From Spironucleus salmonicida (Eukaryota): a stretch of DNA of 64,000 nucleotides. This document shows, piece after piece, positions 26,801 to 38,575 of this stretch. The stretch covers positions 1 through 64,000 of the forward strand of contig NC_090598.1 of the NCBI RefSeq assembly GCF_000497125.1. Direction: 5' to 3'. The notes beneath the pieces are model-generated. The model had not been told where the DNA came from and made no database searches. It saw only the letters and a list, made by a program, of their open reading frames with translations. Position numbers and translations under genes: made by a program. The stretch's first letter is position 1; the number at the start of each line of letters is the position of its first letter.

Positions 26801-29800
26801 GCTACTTTGTACCTGGGCTCATAAGTGAATATGTATTAGTAAGCATAGTAGTATATTATATAAGTACAATAGTATATACTAAATATCCTTATAGGCACCA
26901 CTCCCAATGCATATATACTACTAAACTCCAATTAAGATATTACTATATATACTATAGTATTGCATACTCATCAAGCACTATGCCAGTACCACTCACGCCT
27001 GCCTTAGCACTATCTATGGAACTACTTGGGGTCCAGTACTAGTGGTGCCCACTTCAGTAGCAGATAGTTATTAAAGATAGAATACAAACAGTCTTCGGCA
27101 TAGCCTGTGCTTGTACTCTACAGGTAAGAATACCCTTCCTAGTGCTACTTTGTACCTGGGCTCATAAGTGAATATGTATTAGTAAGCATAGTAGTATATT
27201 ATATAAGTACAATAGTATATACTAAATATCCTTATAGGCACCACTCCCAATGCATATATACTACTAAACTCCAATTAAGATATTACTATATATACTATAG
27301 TATTGCATACTCATCAAGCACTATGCCAGTACCACTCACGCCTGCCTTAGCACTATCTATGGAAATACTTGGGGTAGCAGTACTAGTGGTGCCCACTTCA
27401 GTAGCAGATAGTTATTAAAGATAAAATACAAGCAGTCTTCGGCATAGCCTGTGCTTGCATTACTAGTGAGAATAGCCTTCCTAGTGCTACTTTGTACCTG
27501 GGCTCATAAGTGAATATATATTAGTAAGCATAGTAGTATATTCTATAAATACAATAGTATATACTAAATATCCTTACAAGCACCACTCCCAATGCATATA
27601 TACTACTAAACTCCAATTAAGATATTCCTATATATACTATAGTATTGCATACTCATCAAGCACTATCCCAGTACCACTCACGCCTGCCTTGGTGCTGTCT
27701 ATGGAACTACTTGGGGTCCAGTACTAGTGGTGCCCACTTCAGTAGCAGATAGTTATTAAAGATAAAATACAAGCAGTCTTCGGCATAGCCTGTGCTTGCA
27801 TTACTAGTGAGAATAGCCTTCCTAGTGCTACTTTGTACCTGGGCTCATAAGTGAATATGTATTAGTAAGCATAGTAGTATATTATATAAGTACAATAGTA
27901 TATACTAAATATCCTTATAGGCACCACTCCCAATGCATATATACTACTAAACTCCAATTAAGATATTACTATATATACTATAGTATTGCATACTCATCAA
28001 GCACTATGCCAGTACCACTCACGCCTGCCTTAGCACTATCTATGGAACTACTTGGGGTCCAGTACTAGTGGTGCCCACTTCAGTAGCAGATAGTTATTAA
28101 AGATAGAATACAAACAGTCTTCGGCATAGCCTGTGCTTGTACTCTACAGGTAAGAATACCCTTCCTAGTGCTACTTTGTACCTGGGCTCATAAGTGAATA
28201 TGTATTAGTAAGCATAGTAGTATATTATATAAGTACAATAGTATATACTAAATATCCTTATAGGCACCACTCCCAATGCATATATACTACTAAACTCCAA
28301 TTAAGATATTACTATATATACTATAGTATTGCATACTCATCAAGCACTATGCCAGTACCACTCACGCCTGCCTTAGCACTATCTATGGAAATACTTGGGG
28401 TAGCAGTACTAGTGGTGCCCACTTCAGTAGCAGATAGTTATTAAAGATAAAATACAAGCAGTCTTCGGCATAGCCTGTGCTTGCATTACTAGTGAGAATA
28501 GCCTTCCTAGTGCTACTTTGTACCTGGGCTCATAAGTGAATATATATTAGTAAGCATAGTAGTATATTCTATAAATACAATAGTATATACTAAATATCCT
28601 TACAAGCACCACTCCCAATGCATATATACTACTAAACTCCAATTAAGATATTCCTATATATACTATAGTATTGCATACTCATCAAGCACTATCCCAGTAC
28701 CACTCACGCCTGCCTTGGTGCTGTCTATGGAACTACTTGGGGTAGCAGTACTAGTGGTGCCCACTTCAGTAGCAGATAGTTATTAAAGATAGAATACAAA
28801 CAGTCTTCGGCATAGCCTGTGCTTGTACTCTACAGGTAAGAATACCCTTCCTAGTGCTACTTTGTACCTGGGCTCATAAGTGAATATGTATTAGTAAGCA
28901 TAGTAGTATATTATATAAATACAATAGTATATACTAAATATCCTTACAAGCACCACTCCCAATGCATATATACTACTAAACTCCAATTAAGATATTACTA
29001 TATATACTATAGTATTGCATTGTCATCAATCACTATCCCAGTACCACTCACGCCTGCCTTGGTGCTATCTATGGAACTACTTGGGGTCCAGTACTAGTGG
29101 TGCCCACTTCAGTAGCAGATAGTTATTAAAGATAGAATATACAAACAGTCTTCGGCATAGCCTGTGCTTGTACTCTACAGGTAAGAATACCCTTCCTAGT
29201 GTACTGTGCACCTGGGCTCATAAGTGAATATATATTAGTAAGCATAGTAGTATATTATATAAATACAATAGTATATACTAAATATCCTTATAGGCACCCA
29301 CTCCCAATGCATATATACTACTAAACTCCAATTAAGATATTCCTATATATACTATAGTATTGTATACTCATCAAGCACTATCCCAGTACCACTCACGCCT
29401 GCCTTGGTGCTATCTATGGAACTACTTGGGGTCCAGTACTAGTGGTGCCCACTTCAGTAGCAGATAGTTATTAAAGATAGAATACAAACAGTCTTCGGCA
29501 TAGCCTGTGCTTGTACTCTACAGGTAAGAATACCCTTCCTAGTGCTACTTTGTACCTGGGCTCATAAGTGAATATGTATTAGTAAGCATAGTAGTATATT
29601 ATATAAGTACAATAGTAATATACTAAATATCCTTACAAGCACCACTCCCAATGCATATATACTACTAAACTCCAATTAAGATATTACTATATATACTATA
29701 GTATTGCATACTCATCAAGCACTATGCCAGTACCACTCACGCCTGCCTTGGTGCTGTCTATGGAACTACTTGGGGTACCAGTACTAGTGGTACCCACTTC

Positions 29801-32800
29801 AGTAGCAGCCAGCTATGCCAAATATGAAGGTTAAGCCATTATACACTATGCCAACAGCATCGACTCAGGCTCGTAGCACCAAAATGTGGAAGGCCTAAGC
29901 TAGCATAAGGTCAGTCCTGTTCTTAATAAATTACGGTATTGCTACCTCGCTGGGTCCTGAACACCAGCTAGCGCTATCTCGTCACCCTGATAGCCACACT
30001 CTCGCTGACCTCGCTTTGGCAAAACTCATCCTGCGAGTCGTCGTTACCATTTAAAACTCATCCATCCCTATGCTTCTGTCTTAAGCAGCATACCGGGTGA
30101 GACTGCAGAGTATCATGTTTGATAGATTATGCATCATGCGGGTATTAAAGATAAAATACAAGCAGTCTTCGGCATAGCCTGTGCTTGCATTACTAGTGAG
30201 AATACCCTTCCTAGTGTACTGTGCACCTGGGCTCATAAGTGAATATATATTAGTAAGTATAGTAGTATATTCTATAAGTACAATAGTATATACTAAATAT
30301 CCTTACAAGCACCACTCCCAATGCATATATACTACTAAACTCCATTTAAGTTATTACTATATATACTATAGTATTGCATTGTCATCAAGCACTACGGCAG
30401 TACCACTCACGCCTACCTTAGCACTATCTATGGAAATACTTGGGGTACCAGTACTAGTGGTACCCAGTTCAGTAGCAGCCAGCTATGCCAAATATGAAGG
30501 TTAAGCCATTATACACTATGCCAACAGCATCGACTCAGGCTCGTAGCACCAAAATGTGGAAGGCCTAAGCTAGCATAAGGTCAGTCCTGTTCTTAATAAA
30601 TTACGGTATTGCTACCTCGCTGGGTCCTGAACACCAGCTAGCGCTATCTCGTCACCCTGATAGCCACACTCTCGCTGACCTCGCTTTGGCAAAACTCATC
30701 CTGCGAGTCGTCGTTACCATTTAAAACTCATCCATCCCTATGCTTCTGTCTTAAGCAGCATACCGGGTGAGACTGCAGAGTATCATGTTTGATAGATTAT
30801 GCATCATGCGGGTATTAAAGATAAAATACAAGCAGTCTTCGGCATAGCCTGTGCTTGCATTACTAGTGAGAATAGCCTTCTTAGTGTACTTTGCACCTGG
30901 GCTCATAAGTGAATATATATTAGTAAGCATAGTAGTATATTATATAAATACAATAGTAATATACTAAATATCCTTACAAGCACCACTCCCAATGCATATA
31001 TACTACTAAACTCCAATTAAGATATTACTATATATACTATAGTATTGCATTGTCATCAAGCACTATGCCAGTACCACTCATGCCTACCTTAGCACTATCT
31101 ATGGAAATACTTGGGGTACCAGTACTAGTGGTACCCAGTTCAGTAGCAGCCAGCTATGCCAAATATGAAGGTTAAGCCATTATACACTATGCCAACAGCA
31201 TCGACTCAGGCTCGTAGCACCAAAATGTGGAAGGCCTAAGCTAGCATAAGGTCAGTCCTGTTCTTAATAAATTACGGTATTGCTACCTCGCTGGGTCCTG
31301 AACACCAGCTAGCGCTATCTCGTCACCCTGATAGCCACACTCTCGCTGACCTCGCTTTGGCAAAACTCATCCTGCGAGTCGTCGTTACCATTTAAAACTC
31401 ATCCATCCCTATGCTTCTGTCTTAAGCAGCATACCGGGTGAGACTGCAGAGTATCATGTTTGATAGATTATGCATCATGCGGGTATTAAAGATAAAATAC
31501 AAGCAGTCTTCGGCATAGCCTGTGCTTGCATTACTAGTGAGAATAGCCTTCTTAGTGTACTTTGCACCTGGGCTCATAAGTGAATATATATTAGTAAGCA
31601 TAGTAGTATATTATATAAATACAATAGTATATACTAAATATCCTTACAAGCACCACTCCCAATGCATATATACTACTAAACTCCAATTAAGATATTACTA
31701 TATATACTATAGTATTGCATTGTCATCAATCACTATCCCAGTACCACTCACGCCTGCCTTGGTGCTATCTATGGAACTACTTGGGGTCCAGTACTAGTGG
31801 TGCCCACTTCAGTAGCAGATAGTTATTAAAGATAGAATACAAACAGTCTTCGGCATAGCCTGTGCTTGTACTCTACAGGTAAGAATACCCTTCCTAGTGT
31901 ACTGTGCACCTGGGCTCATAAGTGAATATGTATTAGTAAGCATAGTAGTATATTATATAAATACAATAGTATATACTAAATATCCTTACAAGCACCACTC
32001 CCAATGCATATATACTACTAAACTCCAATTAAGATATTACTATATATACTATAGTATTGCATACTCATCAAGCACTATGCCAGTACCACTCACGCCTGCC
32101 TTAGCACTATCTATGGAAATACTTGGGGTAGCAGTACTAGTGGTACCCACTTCAGTAGCAGATAGTTATTAAAGATAGAATACAAACAGTCTTCGGCATA
32201 GCCTGTGCTTGCATTACTAGTGAGAATACCCTTCTTAGTGTACTGTGCACCTGGGCTCATAAGTGAATATGTATTAGTAAGCATAGTAGTATATTATATA
32301 AATACAATAGTATATACTAAATATCCTTACAAGCACCACTCCCAATGCATATATACTACTAAACTCCAATTAAGATATTACTATATATACTATAGTATTG
32401 CATTGTCATCAATCACTATGCCAGTACCACTCACGCCTGCCTTGGTGCTGTCTATGGAACTACTTGGGGTCCAGTACTAGTGGTGCCCACTTCAGTAGCA
32501 GATAGTTATTAAAGATAGAATACAAACAGTCTTCGGCATAGCCTGTGCTTGTACTCTACAGGTAAGAATACCCTTCCTAGTGCTACTTTGTACCTGGGCT
32601 CATAAGTGAATATGTATTAGTAAGCATAGTAGTATATTATATAAGTACAATAGTAATATACTAAATATCCTTACAAGCACCACTCCCAATGCATATATAC
32701 TACTAAACTCCAATTAAGATATTACTATATATACTATAGTATTGTATACTCATCAAGCACTATCCCAGTACCACTCACGCCTGCCTTGGTGCTGTCTATG

Positions 32801-34036
32801 GAACTACTTGGGGTACCAGTACTAGTGGTACCCAGTTCAGTAGCAGCCAGCTATGCCAAATATGAAGGTTAAGCCATTATACACTATGCCAACAGCATCG
32901 ACTCAGGCTCGTAGCACCAAAATGTGGAAGGCCTAAGCTAGCATAAGGTCAGTCCTGTTCTTAATAAATTACGGTATTGCTACCTCGCTGGGTCCTGAAC
33001 ACCAGCTAGCGCTATCTCGTCACCCTGATAGCCACACTCTCGCTGACCTCGCTTTGGCAAAACTCATCCTGCGAGTCGTCGTTACCATTTAAAACTCATC
33101 CATCCCTATGCTTCTGTCTTAAGCAGCATACCGGGTGAGACTGCAGAGTATCATGTTTGATAGATTATGCATCATGCGGGTATTAAAGATAAAATACATG
33201 CAGTCTTCGGCATAGCCTGTGCTTGCATTACTAGTGAGAATACCCTTCCTAGTGTACTTTGTACCTGGGCTCATAAGTGAATATATATTAGTAAGCATAG
33301 TAGTATATTATATAAATACAATAGTATATACTAAATATCCTTACAAGCACCACTCCCAATGCATATATACTACTAAACTCCAATTAAGATATTACTATAT
33401 ATACTATAGTATTGCATTGTCATCAATCACTATCCCAGTACCACTCACGCCTGCCTTGGTGCTATCTATGGAACTACTTGGGGTCCAGTACTAGTGGTGC
33501 CCACTTCAGTAGCAGATAGTTATTAAAGATAGAATACAAACAGTCTTCGGCATAGCCTGTGCTTGTACTCTACAGGTAAGAATACCCTTCCTAGTGTACT
33601 GTGCACCTGGGCTCATAAGTGAATATATATTAGTAAGCATAGTAGTATATTATATAAATACAATAGTATATACTAAATATCCTTACAAGCACCACTCCCA
33701 ATGCATATATACTACTAAACTCCAATTAAGATATTACTATATATACTATAGTATTGCATACTCATCAAGCACTATGCCAGTACCACTCATGCCTACCTTA
33801 GCACTATCTATGGAAATACTTGGGGTACCAGTACTAGTGGTACCCAGTTCAGTAGCAGCCAGCTATGCCAAATATGAAGGTTAAGCCATTATACACTATG
33901 CCAACAGCATCGACTCAGGCTCGTAGCACCAAAATGTGGAAGGCCTAAGCTAGCATAAGGTCAGTCCTGTTCTTAATAAATTACGGTATTGCTACCTCGC
34001 TGGGTCCTGAACACCAGCTAGCGCTATCTCGTCACC
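5863..34036. repeat. 28-kb two-module tandem array (A ~336-345 bp x ~62; B ~334 bp x 21)
   Basis: A runs from tattaaagata...cagtcttcggcatagcc to ttcagtagcag. B runs from ccagctatgccaaatatgaagg to attatgcatcatgcggg. B starts at ~6344, 7362, 9411, 10421, 12470, 13140, 14154, 14823, 15837, 17880, 19584, 20603, 23004, 23673, 25036, 25707, 29809, 30479, 31150, 32847 and 33859. Confidence 0.97.
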
Positions 34037-37000
34037 GGCTAAAGCAAACATTAGAAAGCCAGCGGATACCTTTATTTCCAAACTTCCCAGCTAATTTATT
34101 CTTACAGGCGTGCTAAGTGCCTACCGGCAGAAGCATACTCCCCATCTAGTATATCTGCTTCGCTAAGTTCTACCCATATATTAAATATATATGATATTTA
34201 TATGTGAAAGGTAATGTAGAATTACTGCTAGTATTACTACTATAAGAACTTACTACCACCATTGTACCGAAAGTGTTATTTAATAGCAGAATACACTAAG
34301 TCCAATATTGTGCTTCCATGCCCAAGAATGTAGGACCCAATATCAAAACTTATTGGCAACCGAGGCATCGTCTTGTACTTAACGAAATAAGAGTTTGCAA
34401 TACATTTGATGCCTAAAACCTCCCAGTAATGCTGTAGCGAAATAGAACGATTAGCTCTATACGCAAGTTTTCATATCCATCGAACCCATCAGAAGCTAAA
34501 CTATAGTATGCTCGCTCTGGGTATGATATCCATATGCAATTTTAATCTCTTGTTTTTGACTTTCTGATTAACTTTCCCTTCTCCGTCGCTGTATTAGATT
34601 GCTTTTTCGAACACAGTATCTTTGTGTTTTGATATTATTATAACTATATATATTCATACTAAATACTATTATAAATAGTTCAGGGTAGCAATATACTCCC
34701 TAACCTCGTTATATACAAATTCGTCTAATAGAATATATTCCGATATGTTTCTATTGGGGTATAGTATAATGCGGCAGATGGGGATCCTACCGTGATATTA
34801 AAGGTAGCTCTTCGTTCGTGCTTTAATCTTACCCTAGCTCTTGCTAGCTAGCAACTAGCTGCTTGAGGACGCTAGCTAACTAACTTACCGAACTTAGTAT
34901 TTCACTAGTGCGTGCTAGCCTAGTATATCTATTATCATATATATCCTCTGGGCATAACCAATATAGGCTCAGTGCTAAAGTGTAAATAGTATATATTCTG
35001 CATTCTCTAAATTATATTATATATTTATGCATTATATTCTATACAACTATCTCATATTCGAGTCAACCGTAGTTTATCTGTGCATGCCCCACTGTTAGCA
35101 TGAACCGGAGGCAGCAGCTCAGGCATCCTGATATGCATCAAAATAACAGTGCTCGCCTGAAGATCGCTGGGAGAGCAGCATATTAGTTTAGGTGGGGGTG
35201 TGGGGTTAGCTCTTAATTCTGCTCAATGTGAAAGGCCTCCAGTCCAATGTATCAGTTCCATGCCAACTATCAGGTGCACCTGCTGCCTGATTGGTGTGAG
35301 TCAGTGCTGGTATGCGGATGATGGGAGCACTTACTGCATTAGGACACCAGGTGGTCTTTAACGGTTTACCGATTCTATAATATGTGGTTGAGCACCAGCC
35401 TGAGTGCCGATGAACTGCAGGCTGGTGCGGAATGAAGATTGTGGGTTGAGTGTTATAATTCTGTTTCAAATACTATTCTTACAAGTAGATTTTAAAAAGA
35501 TACATGATATGTTATATTCAGTGGGATGAAGTATGAGTTTCCATATCTTTTATCTGTATGTGGGTGTGTTATATTTTTATGAAGCAGTAGCAAAGGTAAA
35601 TACGAGTATTATATAGTAGCTTGCATCTCGACCCCACAAGGTAGATTAATTTAAATCAACTTAATTAGAGATAGTATGTTCTTTGAAGCAAAGTAATTTA
35701 ACTAGCCTAAGTTGAGTTTCTCATATGATACTAGGAACTATTGGTGGTAAATACCAATCAGCTAAGATCAGAAATATGTTTAAAAATAAACTGTTAAAAT
35801 AATTTAACAACAAAAATACTTGATTTAACTTACTGTCTTTTACATGTCTATGCAATGCAGTATGACATATATATCAATTTACTGAAAATACATCATACGC
35901 ATCAAATTGGTGGCCGGTACATGCACCAAACCATGGATCTATTGATGTGGCAGTAAACTACTTCGAATGAAATTTTGTCTGCTGTAATATATGCTATTGA
36001 ATAAGCATATTACTGAAAGACGCTTAGTGGCAATGTAAAATTATCTAGCAGCCTACAATTCTTCATAAGAAAGTACTGGCATTGCTTATTAATAATAAAT
36101 AAATTGCATATATGTATAGTTTCAAATATAACAGAATTATAGAGCAACGGCCGACTCGAGACATGATAACCTGGTTTTGTTGTATTTGAAAGTTGGTAGT
36201 CCATAGATTTTAATTGTCATCGGTAATTATATTAACAATACCTAGTAGTAAGTAGTGCATTCCATCCAAATTATTTTACATCTACGATTTTGAAAAAATA
36301 TTTTATGTTCTCAACGCTAATCGTAAAATAATTTATGTTTTATTGAAAATAGAAAAGGCTAAACCATGAGGATGGTATGGGCTTCTTACTACTTACCCAG
36401 TCCCATATTTGTTTTATAGAATACCCATGTATGGTTAAATTGACTCTCGGCGAATGTAAAGCATTTTATTATGGATTCCTTCATATTCATGAATAATAAA
36501 TAATCATAATTGCAATCTATCGTCCTACCGGAAATAGGTTTATTACTAAGCAAAGAGCAGTTATATTCATACCTCCTTGTCATGATATATAGTATTTTCA
36601 TTCTTCATATGTCAGCAAACATGTGACAAAAAATAAATATTTCCCATATTATTAACCATGAGGAGTATAGTTACACTATAAACGTAAATAATGATATTTG
36701 TCCTAAAACTATATATTTGACATAGTTTGCAGCTTGTTAAGTTTCCAATCACCTATACCAAATATTTAATTTATTAATGTTGATGAGCTCGTCTTGATCT
36801 AATTACAGTATGTGTTCGATTTCATCCAGGTGCAGTATCTTCTAGTATTTTGTCATAGTTGTCGTTTTGTACTGAAGTTTCAATCTTCGTATTGTTCACC
36901 TGGAATAGTTTCACCTTGCATGTAAATAACTATGTCAGTTTGTTGTTTTAGCTCAATGTTATTTTGCTAATTAATACCAAAATTACAACTGTTGTTAAAA

Positions 37001-38575
37001 CAGAAACTCAGTCATCGCATGCAATAAATTATCATAAAGATGGGAATATGCTCTAACCCTAATTGGATGTATACGTAAATAAGATACTCTTAAATCAAAT
37101 CCTATTCAGCATAATCAGACTTAATGCATGCTACGTAAAACCTTATAATAATTTATCGGTGAAATATAATATCATCAAACGAACCACAATACTCACATAT
37201 AAAATAAAACTACATGCTAAATTAGAACTGATGTAAATAATCTGATACTTATTATAGAATTCTATACTACCATACATAGTGTACCGGTACTAGATATAAA
37301 CTATAAGTTAAACTAGTTTCATCTAATTTTACAAGTTATCAAAACTCCAAACTATACAATTTACTTATTCATCCTCTATATGTTTATCTTATAACTATTT
37401 ATAAAATATTAAAACTTGGCTAAACCAATAAATATATATGAATAAGTGTCCCGATAACAACTAAAAAATATTATACCATGTGTAAATCCTTAAACATTGA
37501 ATCTACTAATTGGAGTTCCTAATATTAGGATATAAATCTATTAATTATTTTAATGACGGTTTCCGTGTCTAATGTTTGGTAATTTAATACCTATTTTATT
37601 TGAATCAGAATTGTGGCATCAAAAATATGACTAAGTATTATGATTATCTACTTGTGAACACTTATAAAATTATTAATATTTATATGGCTTACTTCATTGT
37701 CTGATTTCCTAGTCGATATCTCCATATAAAAACCCTATCATTAATATTAAATTTGAATTTACTTTTCTAAAACTGAAACTGGATAATATATTTCAACAAA
37801 TAATAAAATTAAGGTCATATAATTTTGAGTGTTTCCTTTCATAAATAAAATATCAATTGTGCTACAGAATACATATTATTTGGGTATTTTCATAAAAATA
37901 AAACTTGAATATTTAAAACATTTACAATACCAAGAATAATAAATCTTAACATTGGATGCTGATATAGTAAGATATCTTAACTTTTTATGCTATGATGTAA
38001 TTTTGATAACATAATAACATATTAAAGGTGGAATTATTAACTGTAATAAAATATGTAGCGCAGAATATATAAATATAAAATGATTTATAGGTATTCATAT
38101 AAAATTAAATTACATCATTAATATATGATTGTTATTATAATTATATTATCTAATAATTATTATCAATATTCATTAATAGAAACGTAATTGACCCTAATTT
38201 GAGGTGAAAATTAAATAGTTATAATATAGTACTATGGTTACTATTTAAATTAGCTGCCCTTAAGAATTTTACTCAAGCATTAAGCCCACACATATTTTAT
38301 GGATAATTGTAATAATCGCATACTAGTGTACCATTGTATCTTATGCAAATTTAAGAAGATTGATGTCAGACAATTGAATCTAAAAAGTAGTTTACCAATT
38401 GTTTTTATCAACTACTGCTTTATAATATACTATAAATTTATTTCAGGTATGATATATAATAACAACTTTCGTTTTACTTTTTTGGTACTTATACAAAAAA
38501 TATCGTTTTAAATATTTATTTATATTGTTTACTAATAATATTAATATTTTAAATACGAAAAATATTGAAAGCTGA

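Noticed and set aside
6664-33884. Track ORFs MHHAGIK.../MLALLVRI.../MYCAPGL... as a membrane-protein gene family
   Set aside because: They were called with the wrong code and often with non-ATG starts. Frequent 1-2-nt indel alleles break the frame in many units, and the Y/I/V bias simply reflects the TA-rich repeat.
5863-34036. CRISPR-like array (constant B alternating with variable A)
   Set aside because: Units are ~340 bp, the variable parts are homologous to each other rather than unique spacers, the context is eukaryotic and no cas genes are present.
5863-34036. rDNA, tRNA or transposon array
   Set aside because: No rRNA or tRNA motifs recognised, and no transposase/RT ORF, terminal repeats or target-site duplications seen. 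An unknown ncRNA cannot be excluded without a covariance-model search.
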